Shown: in pieces, positions 17,774-27,187 of the stretch
Layout of the letters: every line of letters begins with the position of its first letter
Position numbering within the stretch: position 1 is the stretch's first letter
IMG/VR virus record: IMGVR_UViG_3300043184_000041
Location: 1 to 54,939 of that record
From: a virus
Lineage: Duplodnaviria; Caudoviricetes
DNA length: 54,939 nt
Reading direction: 5' to 3' (one strand)
Notes under the pieces: model-generated
Database searches by the model: none
Told to the model about the DNA's origin: nothing
The model's input: the letters and a program-made list of their open reading frames with translations, nothing else
Position numbers and translations under genes: made by a program

Positions 17774-18244
17774 ATGATTGTCTACAAGGATGGTGACCTG
17801 CTCAAAGACAAAAGCGTCGCCCTGGTCAACCCCGTGAACTGCGTGGGGGTGATGGGCGCAGGGGTGGCGGAAAAGTTCAAGCAGAGGTTCCCGGAGAACT
17901 TCTTCGCCTACGCAAAGGCTTGCCGGGAGAAGACGCTGAAGCCGGGAGGGCTGCTGGTCTGCAACCGGCAGAACTTCCTCAAGAGAGACCCGGCCGACGG
18001 CCCCCTCTACATCATCAACTGCGCTACCAAGCTGCACTGGCGTGAGCCCAGCCGACAAGCGTGGGTTGAGAAGGGGCTGCTGAACCTGCGGAAGTTCATC
18101 GACACAGCGGGGATCAAGAGCCTTGCAATGCCGGCACTCGGCTGCGGTCTCGGCGGGCTGGAGTGGCGGCACGTTGAACTCCTTGTCCGCACGCACTTCG
18201 GAGACATTACCGACCGCGAAGTCGTGGTTTACAAACCGCACTAG
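17774..18244 (+). CDS. Macrodomain ADP-ribose hydrolase (DarG/TARG1-like)
   Basis: GDLL, VNPVNCVGVMGAGVA, INCATKLHWR, SLAMPALGCGLGGLEW. Confidence 0.92.
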   Translation: MIVYKDGDLLKDKSVALVNPVNCVGVMGAGVAEKFKQRFPENFFAYAKACREKTLKPGGLLVCNRQNFLKRDPADGPLYIINCATKLHWREPSRQAWVEKGLLNLRKFIDTAGIKSLAMPALGCGLGGLEWRHVELLVRTHFGDITDREVVVYKPH

Positions 18245-18247
18245 CTG

Positions 18248-18276
18248 TTGACGGCAGTTCTATCTAAGTCTACAGT
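18248..18276 (+). promoter_or_regulatory. Putative sigma70-type promoter
   Basis: TTGACG-17 bp-TACAGT upstream of SD AGGAG. Confidence 0.55.
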
Positions 18277-18311
18277 TGTACAGGCGGAAGATTTCCAACC
18301 AGGAGAACAGA

Positions 18312-18719
18312 ATGGCTACCGCGACGAAGAAGAAAACGACGAAGAAGTCCGCCGCGCCGAAAGCAGCCGACAAGGTGCCGCCGACACGGCCGAAGGCTCC
18401 CCAGACGTTCACCAAGCAGGCGGTCATGGCGATCCGCAAGGAGTACGACAAGGGCTCGACGTACCGCAAGCTGGCCGAGGCCCACGGGGTCAGCGTGACG
18501 ACGATCCAGAACATTGTCCTGGGCATCACCTACGTTGACGTTGGCGGCCCGCTCCAGGACAAGAGCACTTCCGGCCAACGGCGCGGCGCGCGCCTGCGCG
18601 CTATGACTCCCGCTCAGGTGAAAACCGCCAAGAGCATGCTGAAGAAGGGGGAAACGCTGACCGCTGCCGCTGCCGAGCTGTCGGTGAGCCCGGCGACTGT
18701 GCGCAAGTACGTTAGCTGA
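18312..18719 (+). CDS. Tandem-HTH DNA-binding protein with a basic N-terminal tail
   Basis: TYRKLAEAHGVSVTTIQNIV and TLTAAAAELSVSPATVRKYV. Confidence 0.8.
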   Translation: MATATKKKTTKKSAAPKAADKVPPTRPKAPQTFTKQAVMAIRKEYDKGSTYRKLAEAHGVSVTTIQNIVLGITYVDVGGPLQDKSTSGQRRGARLRAMTPAQVKTAKSMLKKGETLTAAAAELSVSPATVRKYVS

Positions 18720-18807
18720 AACAGCCTGATAGGCTACAGTAGAGGCGCAGGGCCCAAGGACGGGCCCTTCTTCTACATCGGAATACTTTTCAGCCAAACA
18801 GGGTGGT

Positions 18808-19485
18808 ATGGGGACCGACGACCACACGCTGATGCAGAACTCGCGCGACAGGCTCTGTGACCTGTGGGACGCCGAGGGTTTGGGGGACAGCGACGGCTTG
18901 TTCGCGTCGGTGCTCAGCAAGGTTCCCCCCAAGACGGGTTTGCCGAACGGCCCCTACGGCGTGCTGCTGAGCAAGCTGGTCATCAACCAGAGCCTCTACA
19001 AGTCGTTCCTGGCGATGGTGCTGGGCGGCGCGCTGGTCAAGTCGGCCGCCGAAGCCGTGGGCGTCCCCGCTAAGCACGTCCAGCACTGGCTGTCCTACGG
19101 GAACAAGCACTTCAACGAAGGCAAGGACTCCTGGTACGCGCGCTTCTACTACGACATCCTGCGCGCTAAGGGCATGGCGCGCGCAGGCGCGCAGGCTCGG
19201 GTCAAGATGATGAAGCCGCTCCAGTGGCTCGGTAACGACGCCGACAGCCGGGGCTGGTCCGAACAGCCGGCCGCTTCTGCGCCGCAGCTAGAAGCCTTCC
19301 TGGAGCCCGTAGCGGAGCTGGACGACGGCGGGGATTCCGTCTTCGACCCCAGCATGATCCGCGAGGCGTTCATGAAGCTCCACCAAATGGGGTCGCTCCC
19401 GTCCCCCGACGTGCTCGTCGCCGAAGCTCTCAAACAGGAAGGGATTTACCTTGATGACCAAGGAAAGCCGAGCGAAGCGAGCTGA
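18808..19485 (+). CDS. Putative terminase small subunit
   Basis: HTH KSAAEAVGVPAKHVQHWL followed by YARFYYDILRAK helix; lies near TerL. Confidence 0.55.
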   Translation: MGTDDHTLMQNSRDRLCDLWDAEGLGDSDGLFASVLSKVPPKTGLPNGPYGVLLSKLVINQSLYKSFLAMVLGGALVKSAAEAVGVPAKHVQHWLSYGNKHFNEGKDSWYARFYYDILRAKGMARAGAQARVKMMKPLQWLGNDADSRGWSEQPAASAPQLEAFLEPVAELDDGGDSVFDPSMIREAFMKLHQMGSLPSPDVLVAEALKQEGIYLDDQGKPSEAS

Positions 19486-19861
19486 TAGGCTTCTCGACGA
19501 CAACGAAGCGATGCTGGCGGGGATGCTCAAGGCGGAAGGCTACGACGTAGCGCGCATTGCGCGCAGGCTGAAGGCGACCCCCGGCAGGGTCCGCCAAGCC
19601 CTGGACAAGCTGAAGGCACGCCAAACGCCCCCAGAGCCCGTTTCCCGCGCTTGCGCGGCGTGCGGCGTCCTATGCCACCCCGACGAGCCTTGCGCCAACT
19701 GCGCGTGGCTGGTGCTGCTCCAAGAGCAAGAAGCGTGGCTGGACGCGCTGCTGACGCCCGACCAACCCGCGACTCCCCTCGCGCCCGAGCCGGGTAAGCC
19801 GGCCCCCGTGCCGGCGCGCCCGGCGCAGGGAACCACCAAGCCCCATCGCAAGCGCCGCTAG
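19454..19861 (+). CDS. HTH plus Cys-cluster protein
   Basis: GYDVARIARRLKATPGRVRQAL; CAACG...CANC. Confidence 0.6.
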   Translation: MTKESRAKRADRLLDDNEAMLAGMLKAEGYDVARIARRLKATPGRVRQALDKLKARQTPPEPVSRACAACGVLCHPDEPCANCAWLVLLQEQEAWLDALLTPDQPATPLAPEPGKPAPVPARPAQGTTKPHRKRR

Positions 19862-19993
19862 CATCTTGGCCCTATAGACTGCGGCAAACAGCGCGCATTG
19901 CGCCCAAGCGCAGGGTATGCTAGCATACTGTACAAAGATACTGTATTGAGTAGACTAGAAAGAAGTCTACAATGAACACCGGAGAACCCTCCC

Positions 19994-20021
19994 CCCCCTA
20001 ATAATATCTATTATTAGGGGG
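19994..20021. other. AT-rich palindrome CCCCCTAATAATATCTATTATTAGGGGG
   Basis: Inverted repeat in the intergenic region where the TerS-side genes and TerL converge. Confidence 0.8.
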
Positions 20022-20100
20022 ATAGAGAGTAGGAGAGATAGGAAAGACAGAGAAGGGGAGAAGCGGTTGCTTTCCCCCTCTGTTGGAATCTGAAAAGTAT

Positions 20101-20231
20101 TCCGGCGCGTCCGCCGGCCCTGCGGGATCGTGCTACTCCGGCGCGTCCGCCGGCCCTGCGGGATCGTGCTACTCCGGCGCGTCCGCCGGCCCTGCGGGAT
20201 CGTGCTACTCCGGCGCGTCCGCCGGCCCTGC
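20101..20231 (+). repeat. 36-bp tandem repeat, about 3.6 copies (TCCGGCGCGTCCGCCGGCCCTGCGGGATCGTGCTAC)
   Basis: Identical units at 20101, 20137, 20173 and a partial one at 20209; no spacers. Confidence 0.95.
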
Positions 20232-20239
20232 TCCCGGCC

Positions 20240-22861
20240 TCACCAAGTCCGCGTCACGTCCACCGAGTTGATGGACGAACGGACCACCGACGGCAGCCTC
20301 GATTCGATCAGCTTGCCGTCCGCCTCGGGCATCAGGTGGTCCTGCACCACCCGCGCCGCCGAGCTGAGCGTATCGACCTGATCCGCCGTCTCGTCGGGAT
20401 GCCCGGTCCAGGTGAATATCTCGTCCCGCCACGCGGGCAACCAAGGACAAGCCTCTTCGTCTTCGGGAACCAGAATCTTCCCCGCCTTGGCCATCAGCGA
20501 AGCGGTGTAGGAGTTCTGTATCTTGTCGAACAGCGTCCAAATCTCGGTGATCGGCAGACCCATCTGCGCCCCGACCTGCGCCACCGGCCGCCCAACGCCG
20601 TTCCCCTCGACGAACACTTCCGAAGCGTTCCACTTCTTGCACGACCTGCCGATCATCGCGAACACGTCGGGCGTCTCGACCTGCCCCCGCTCGATGTCCA
20701 GCAGGTACAAGAACCTGCCCGTCGTCCCCCAGGTCGCCACAACCGTCCAGCACGGCGTGTCGCTCGTCTTGCCGCCACGGGTGTAGAACTTCTCACCCCC
20801 CACCCCTTCCCGTAGCGACGCGGCCACGTCCACGGTGCAGAACCGCCGCATCCCTCCCGCCGTGATCTCGTTGCTCCCGTAGCAAAAGTATTCACCCCTG
20901 CGGGTGTAGGCCGGGAACCACTGCCGCTTGAACCGGCTGACCGGCGAGCTGTCCCAGTCGCCGTCGAGCAACTGCGACCGCGTCAGGTCGTCCATGTGCC
21001 GGAACTGCTGCACATACTCCTGGTGGTTCAGGTACGGGTTGTCGGTCAACCGCGCGGGAATGAATATCTCTTCCGGGTCGTTCCCCACGAACAGCGGTTC
21101 GTCGCTGAAGAAGTGTCCCCCAATCGTCCTGCCGACCTTGTCGTTGTAGCGGGGATTCCTCCTGATCTTGAACCGGTCCTTGACCCACTCGTTCCCACGG
21201 TTGCCTGGGTTGCCCGTGAACCGCACCCGTATCGGTATCCGCACGTCCTTCGTCCGCCGCAGACGGCTCTCCGCCCAGACGATGTCCTGCTTGTAGTGCT
21301 GGGTCACTTCGTCCACCCCAATGAAGTGGTACTCCGTCCCCTGCACCGCATCGCCCGAACCCAACTGCCCCATGTAGCCAAACTCCAGCTTGGCTCCACT
21401 CATGAACGTGAACGTCTTCGTTGTGCTGTTCCACGACACCGTCTTCCCCAGGTGCGGACCCAACCAACTGAGAGCCCGGTCCATGATCGCCCCCGACTTC
21501 GCCAAGTCCGTATAGGTCTTGCGGAAGATGATGGCTGAGTACCCCGGAACATCAACGTACTGCAAGGCCGCCATCAACAACGACTCGCTGTTGTGGGTGA
21601 CGATAAAGTCGTTCGTCAGGTACAGCCCCGAAGGATGGGCCACCGTCAGGCACCTCCCCCGCACCGTCCCCTCTTCTTCAACCGACACGACACGCTTGTA
21701 CATAGGCGTCTTGTCGTCGATGCACCGATCCCTCTTCCGGCCCAACCGGAAAGCCTTGGTCGCCTCTCTCAGCTTGATGTAGACGGTGTACGCCCTGCGG
21801 CACGCCACCGACTCGCCCCCCTTACGGTAAGCCCCGATCTTCGACGTGACGTTGGCCACGCCCCCCAGCGACCGCACCAACGTGCAAACCCCGCGAGCCA
21901 GCCGCTTGCTGACCGTGGTGTAATACTGCTTCCCGTCGTCAGAAACGTACCCGTCGGTGTCCATCAAGCCCTGCAACAACGACCAACGGTCTTCAATCGA
22001 CCGCCACAGGTACTCTTCGGGGATGAACTTGTCGTGGGCCTTCGTGCCTTCGAGCCCGCACCGCACAAGCTCTCTCTTCCAGAACTTGGCGTCTTCTCCA
22101 ACGACCCGCCAATGCTTGTCGTCGTAGGGCTGGAACTCGGGCAGTTCCTTGAGAACGTGGTCCCGGTCTACCGACGTGACCCCCACCATGCTCGACCAAT
22201 GCCCATCCCCCAACCAGAAGCCCAGCTTGTAAGGGTCAAGCAACAACGGGAACCTACGCTGGACATTGAAGACCTGCGGTTGGCAAACCGGGATTAACGG
22301 CCACATCGGTCGCTTCCCTTCCGCTTCGGCCTTCTCCGCCGCTTCGAGCCAAGCGGCCAACTCCCTCGTCTCGACCACTTCGCCCGACTGCTCACCGCAA
22401 ACAGTCTCTCCCCCCGGTCGCTTGGACCGCTTCCCGCTACCCCAAGCAAGCCACAGGTGGTCCCACGCGACCAACGTGCTGGTGCCGTCGTGAAAAGTAA
22501 CCCGCACCCCCGCCAGCCGGACCCACGGCTTCAACTGAACGATCCTGGTCGTCGTCCCATCAGGCGCGTTGATGCGGTCACCGACACGCAAGTCACGACA
22601 CCCCTTCCAACCGAACGGGGTCAGCACGACCCCGTCTTCGGCCAACAGCTTGCCGCCCCCCGCAGCACCACCGTATAACACCGTCCTGTTCGGCAATACA
22701 CAAAACCCCAACTGGAGTGGGGTTGGCTTCACGGGGATGTACCTGCTCCAAGCCTTGACCACCAACTTCTCGACAAGGTCTTGGTCTAGCTTGACGCCCG
22801 ACTCCAGTTCGTCTTCTACTAGGCCAGTGACGGCGGGCTTCGCAACCTTCTTACGCGGCAT
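20240..22861 (-). CDS. terL: Terminase large subunit with intein
   Basis: Walker A GGAAGGGK|S split by the intein; Walker B IGVDEVT; TGNPG; DNPYL; nuclease TVDVA...DQVD; SD AGGAG. Confidence 0.93.
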   Translation of the reverse strand: MPRKKVAKPAVTGLVEDELESGVKLDQDLVEKLVVKAWSRYIPVKPTPLQLGFCVLPNRTVLYGGAAGGGKLLAEDGVVLTPFGWKGCRDLRVGDRINAPDGTTTRIVQLKPWVRLAGVRVTFHDGTSTLVAWDHLWLAWGSGKRSKRPGGETVCGEQSGEVVETRELAAWLEAAEKAEAEGKRPMWPLIPVCQPQVFNVQRRFPLLLDPYKLGFWLGDGHWSSMVGVTSVDRDHVLKELPEFQPYDDKHWRVVGEDAKFWKRELVRCGLEGTKAHDKFIPEEYLWRSIEDRWSLLQGLMDTDGYVSDDGKQYYTTVSKRLARGVCTLVRSLGGVANVTSKIGAYRKGGESVACRRAYTVYIKLREATKAFRLGRKRDRCIDDKTPMYKRVVSVEEEGTVRGRCLTVAHPSGLYLTNDFIVTHNSESLLMAALQYVDVPGYSAIIFRKTYTDLAKSGAIMDRALSWLGPHLGKTVSWNSTTKTFTFMSGAKLEFGYMGQLGSGDAVQGTEYHFIGVDEVTQHYKQDIVWAESRLRRTKDVRIPIRVRFTGNPGNRGNEWVKDRFKIRRNPRYNDKVGRTIGGHFFSDEPLFVGNDPEEIFIPARLTDNPYLNHQEYVQQFRHMDDLTRSQLLDGDWDSSPVSRFKRQWFPAYTRRGEYFCYGSNEITAGGMRRFCTVDVAASLREGVGGEKFYTRGGKTSDTPCWTVVATWGTTGRFLYLLDIERGQVETPDVFAMIGRSCKKWNASEVFVEGNGVGRPVAQVGAQMGLPITEIWTLFDKIQNSYTASLMAKAGKILVPEDEEACPWLPAWRDEIFTWTGHPDETADQVDTLSSAARVVQDHLMPEADGKLIESRLPSVVRSSINSVDVTRTW
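21590..22648 (-). mobile_element. Intein (353 aa) with LAGLIDADG homing endonuclease and class 3 signature
   Basis: Begins LLAEDGVVLTP, ends FIVTHN before Ser+1. LGFWLGDG and LQGLMDTDG motifs. Trp in block B (DHLW), Cys in block F (RCLTV), Thr in block G. Confidence 0.9.
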
Positions 22862-22872
22862 GGACGACTCCT

Positions 22873-23319
22873 ATGGCTAAATCCGTCTCCGAAGCCGAAC
22901 AAGACTTCCAAGACGCTTGGGACAAGTTCGGCTTACCAAAGTCTGACATCAAGAGAGAACACCGCTTCTGCAAGGACAGGGCTTGGCGGTTCGACTTCGC
23001 CTTCCCCTCGCAGAAGGTAGCAATCGAAATACAAGGGATTGGACGAGCGGCACCCGCCTTCTGTGGTCGCTGCAAATGCGTAGCTCGCTGCCCCCGTTGC
23101 TCCAAGGCGGTGATCGTCTCGCAAGCCGGCGGCCACCAAACGCCCAAGGGCCTTCGCAACGACTGCCAGAAGCACAACCGCGCTGTGCTCGACGGCTGGC
23201 GCATCCTGGTCTTCACCACCGCCGATTACGACCCGGTTGGTTGGGTAGACGCCGTGAAGGAACTCCTGCTGTTCAACGCACTCGCTGCCCCGGCTGCAAC
23301 CAAGCCGAGAACAGCCTAA
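22873..23319 (+). CDS. Vsr/DUF559-like endonuclease with a Cys-rich insertion
   Basis: EHRF...WRFDFAFPSQKVAIEIQG...GGH...DCQKHN...GWRILVFT; insertion CGRCKC...CPRC. Confidence 0.8.
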   Translation: MAKSVSEAEQDFQDAWDKFGLPKSDIKREHRFCKDRAWRFDFAFPSQKVAIEIQGIGRAAPAFCGRCKCVARCPRCSKAVIVSQAGGHQTPKGLRNDCQKHNRAVLDGWRILVFTTADYDPVGWVDAVKELLLFNALAAPAATKPRTA

Positions 23320-23507
23320 GAATACTTTTCAGCTACGCACAGAGGATGCCCCAATCTTCCCCGCCCCCTGTCCCCACGACCTTTCTTTTCAGAGAAATGG
23401 GGGCGGGGCACGGGTAAGTCCACCCCCAGTATGATCGCTGCGCTGTCGATATAGCCCATCACGCCTTCGTTCTTGAACCTCAATCTCTCAAACCCTAGGG
23501 TATCTGC

Positions 23508-24959
23508 ATGGCCACCAAGACCGCAAAGTTTCGCAAGTTGGCGTTGCGTCCCGGCGAGTACGCCGTGGTCAACCCCGAGACAGGCGAACGGGTGCAGGTG
23601 AGCCTCAGCGAAGACCGCTTGAAGAAGGCGGTTAAGAACACGAACCAGATGCTCAAAGACGGCTACCGCATCCCGGTCCCGTTCGCCCACGCGGACGAGA
23701 AGGGCCGAGTTCCTGGTCCCGTTCTTTTCACGAACAAAGGCGCGGCGATTGACCCCCAGACGATGCAGCCCATTGGCTGGCGGGCCGACTTGAACGCGGG
23801 CTACGTCGATTCGATCAGCTACGGCGAGTACAAGGGCGAGAGCGGTGTCGTGGTAGACTTCAACGCGGTGGGTGACGTGGGCGACCACAACACCCCCGCC
23901 GGCAAGATCGGAACCACCGTCCGCGAAACGAGCCTTGTCATCCAGCCGGACTACACGGGCGGTAACGGCAAGTCCTACGGTGAAGTGATCTACCAAGTCG
24001 CCGCCGTGACGAACCCCGTCGAGACCGGTCAACAGAACTTCGCTCTGGCGATGTCCGACAACAGGTTGATGATGGCCACTCCCTTCGCCGCCAAGCCCAA
24101 GCCGACCGCCAAGCCAGCCGCCAAGCCATTCCCACCGGCAGCCGACCCTGTCGAGGGCAGTGACGCGGCCGACGCGACTGCCGCAGCAGACGACCCCGCC
24201 GCAGAAGGCGACGATCAAGGCGCCGCGGGCGACGCCCCCATCCAGATCACCGACAACGACAACGCTCAGGTCCAAGAGCAGCCCATTGACGACCTGATCC
24301 GCGTGCTCAACGAGTTCGGCCTTTCCGTTCCTGACGACACGACTCCCGCCAACCTTGTTGACCGCTTGCGTCTCTGCTTGCGGCAGAAGCTGGCGGATCA
24401 AGGAGCCAACAACCAAGACGGCCCGTCGGCTCAGGGCTCCCCTCAACCCCCGCAAGGCGCGGGCGTACCAGGATCACCAATCGCCATGAGCACGAACGTC
24501 ACAGCAGCGCCCGCTAGCAACCCGGCTGTCGCCATCATGCTCAGCCAGTTGGTGGTTTCGCAGCGCGACCTTCTCAAAGCCCGAGCCAACAAGCTCATCG
24601 CCACCGGCCGTGTCACGAAGGAATGGGTCGAGAAGAACCTGTTCCCGCGCATCAACGCGATCCAGATGAACGAAACGTCGCTCACCCCCGAGGTGCTCGA
24701 CTACTACGGCAAGCACGGCGTCTTCCCGCCGAGCGAAGTCGAACACGTCATCTCCGGTCTGGAGTCCGTCGCCGGCCCCGACCTGACCGTCCGCATGTCG
24801 GACAACACCACGATGCCGCAGGGTGAAATCCCCGGCCGTCCCGAGGGCGACATCTCCGCGACCCCCAGTGCTTGGGTCAACGGCGTCGTCGGTCCCCAGG
24901 ACAACGACAACGGCTACAAGATCGACGAAGCCGACCTGTTCGAGCTGGCCGCCGGCTGA
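23508..24959 (+). CDS. Prohead protease/scaffold (Mu I-like)
   Basis: Upstream of the decoration and capsid genes; IPVPFAH and VAAVTNP motifs; low-complexity scaffold-like C-half. Confidence 0.6.
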   Translation: MATKTAKFRKLALRPGEYAVVNPETGERVQVSLSEDRLKKAVKNTNQMLKDGYRIPVPFAHADEKGRVPGPVLFTNKGAAIDPQTMQPIGWRADLNAGYVDSISYGEYKGESGVVVDFNAVGDVGDHNTPAGKIGTTVRETSLVIQPDYTGGNGKSYGEVIYQVAAVTNPVETGQQNFALAMSDNRLMMATPFAAKPKPTAKPAAKPFPPAADPVEGSDAADATAAADDPAAEGDDQGAAGDAPIQITDNDNAQVQEQPIDDLIRVLNEFGLSVPDDTTPANLVDRLRLCLRQKLADQGANNQDGPSAQGSPQPPQGAGVPGSPIAMSTNVTAAPASNPAVAIMLSQLVVSQRDLLKARANKLIATGRVTKEWVEKNLFPRINAIQMNETSLTPEVLDYYGKHGVFPPSEVEHVISGLESVAGPDLTVRMSDNTTMPQGEIPGRPEGDISATPSAWVNGVVGPQDNDNGYKIDEADLFELAAG

Positions 24960-25042
24960 GTTCTTGCTTCCCAAATCACCAGACCAGTAGCGATTACTGT
25001 CCTTCGGGACCGCTCTAACTCGCCAGACAAACTGAGGACAAC

Positions 25043-25852
25043 ATGTCGAGCGCCTTCAACGCCATGCCCTTCTACGACGGCCTTGGGAACTTCCCTGGCA
25101 TGTCCACTGTTCTCGAAAGCGTCGAGAACAGCATTTGGTACGGCCGTCTCGAAGACCTGGAGTGCATCCCGGCGATCATCGACGGGGCCGCTCGGGACGT
25201 TGGGAACACCAACAACACCACGCGGCTGCGGCCGGGTCTGCTGCTGGGCCAGAACTCGACGACTGGCGAGTATGCCCAGTGGAACCCCAACGCGACCGAC
25301 GGTACCAGCCGGATCGCGGGTGTCCTGGCCGGCTTCCTCACCGCCCAGCGCAACGGCGCGAACACTGACAACTGGTACTACATCATCCGCCGTGCTCCGT
25401 TCCGGGCGGGCGGCCTGATCGTCCCCGGTACGACGAACCCCGGCATTGTCGGCAACGCCCTCGAATGGATGGTGGTCAACCAGTTGCTTGAATCGGGCAG
25501 CCGGCTCGACCGGTTCTACAACACCCTGTCGATGACGCGGCCCTACACGGCCGACGCTACGCTCGTCGCGGCTGACCTGAACATCACCGTGACCAACTTG
25601 GGGGCTGCGGGGGCTACCACCCTGACCCTGCCCGCTCCGGTTCGTGGGGCTCGCCTCAAAGCCGTCAACGTCGCAGGCGCTTTCGCCTTCACCTTGGCGG
25701 CCGGCGCGAACAACCTCAACGCCGCCAACTCCAGCATCGCTCTCAACCCGGTTGGTGACACGGTCGAACTGCTCGGCGTCGCCACCGCGATCGGCACTCC
25801 CGACACGATCAAGTGGGTCGTCATGGGTGGCAACGGTTACGCCATCACCTGA
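25043..25852 (+). CDS. Head decoration protein (gpD-like) with extra C-terminal domain
   Basis: LRPGLLLGQ...GEY...ATDGT..IAGVL; precedes the capsid gene. Confidence 0.65.
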   Translation: MSSAFNAMPFYDGLGNFPGMSTVLESVENSIWYGRLEDLECIPAIIDGAARDVGNTNNTTRLRPGLLLGQNSTTGEYAQWNPNATDGTSRIAGVLAGFLTAQRNGANTDNWYYIIRRAPFRAGGLIVPGTTNPGIVGNALEWMVVNQLLESGSRLDRFYNTLSMTRPYTADATLVAADLNITVTNLGAAGATTLTLPAPVRGARLKAVNVAGAFAFTLAAGANNLNAANSSIALNPVGDTVELLGVATAIGTPDTIKWVVMGGNGYAIT

Positions 25853-25910
25853 TCCCGGCCGCAACTGACCTCTCCTAGTCGAACCAAGTCACGAAGCAAA
25901 GGAACTCAAC

Positions 25911-27146
25911 ATGGCCGTCACCGGTCCCGTCGGCGTCAATCAGTTGCTGGCCTACCCGTTCATCGCGGGTCGGATCAGCCGCCTCGCGCCGGTAGCCCCG
26001 GTCATGACGAACTTCTTCGGCGTAAACCTTCGCACCGAGGGCAAGGGCAAGGCAGCCCGCATCGTCACCGGAGCCAAGAAGCGTTCAGCCAAGCGTGACA
26101 TCGTCTACGACGTGATGGACAACACGCGGCTCACCCTGCCGCTGTCGGCTCCCGGCGTCGAAGCCAACGTGGTCGAACGGCACCCCATCGGCACGCAGAC
26201 GGTTCGCGGCGTCCGGGCTTACAACCGGCTCCCGTTCCGCTACGAAGACCTGCGTGACTACCGCGTCATGGGGCAGGCCAACCCGTCCATCGTCGATCCG
26301 ATGGCGGCGAACTATATCGGCAACCAGATGGACCGCCTCATCCAGCGGAGCATGAACCTGCGGGAGTTCATGTTCACCCGGATGCTGAAGGGCTCCATCC
26401 AGTTGGCGGTCAACGGCAACGCCTACTACCCGGTTCTCTCGGGCGGGCAAATCACCATCAACTACGGCCTGCCCGACTCGCACCGGTCGCAGCTCGCTCT
26501 TGGTGGGGTCAACGGCACAACCAACATCATCGGCGCTTCGTGGGCGACTGCCGGCACCGACGTGGCCGGCCACCTGCACGAACTCCGCAGCGTGGCGGCC
26601 CGCATAAGCGGCATCGAACCCCGCCACATCTGGATGAACTCGGTCTTGTTCGCTGCGTTGCAGAACAACACCAAGCTCCAGGCGACCGGCGGCACCGCGT
26701 TCCGCACCTTCGAGCGGTTCACCCGCAAGGAAGTGCAGTCGCCCAGCGCGGCCGACCAGAACGCGAGCTGGTCGAGCCCGTACTACTACTACCAGTTCCG
26801 GGCTCTGCCCCAGATGGACATTCACGTCTACGACGGCGGCATTACGCTTCCGGCTTCGACGGCGTCGCAGGTCGATTCGACCGACAGCAACTGGGTGAAG
26901 TTCATCGGCGACACCGAGTGCATCATCACGCCGGACCCGTCCTTCACCGACTGGTTCGACCTGTACGACGTGAGCGAGATCATCCAGGAGCAACAGGAAA
27001 CCCAGCCGATGGAAGTTTACGGCTTCCACGCTTGGGCCCGCCGGGTGATGCAGGGCACGGCCGGCGTCGAGCTGCACATGCTCGACAACTTCGCCTATGC
27101 CCTCCCGATCCCCCGCGCGATCTTCAACCCGACCGTCGTGTTCTGA
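25911..27146 (+). CDS. Major capsid protein (lambda E-like family)
   Basis: 411 aa; strong SD; LREFM...LKG, INYGLP, IWMNS motifs; followed by a terminator. Confidence 0.8.
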   Translation: MAVTGPVGVNQLLAYPFIAGRISRLAPVAPVMTNFFGVNLRTEGKGKAARIVTGAKKRSAKRDIVYDVMDNTRLTLPLSAPGVEANVVERHPIGTQTVRGVRAYNRLPFRYEDLRDYRVMGQANPSIVDPMAANYIGNQMDRLIQRSMNLREFMFTRMLKGSIQLAVNGNAYYPVLSGGQITINYGLPDSHRSQLALGGVNGTTNIIGASWATAGTDVAGHLHELRSVAARISGIEPRHIWMNSVLFAALQNNTKLQATGGTAFRTFERFTRKEVQSPSAADQNASWSSPYYYYQFRALPQMDIHVYDGGITLPASTASQVDSTDSNWVKFIGDTECIITPDPSFTDWFDLYDVSEIIQEQQETQPMEVYGFHAWARRVMQGTAGVELHMLDNFAYALPIPRAIFNPTVVF

Positions 27147-27187
27147 TCGGCACAACCCCGTAGAACCAACCAACCGCAGGTCCAATC

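Noticed and set aside
20101-20231. 36-bp repeats as a CRISPR array
   Set aside because: The units are directly adjacent with no spacers, and there are no cas genes. The PD-(D/E)XK gene sits in a recombination module.
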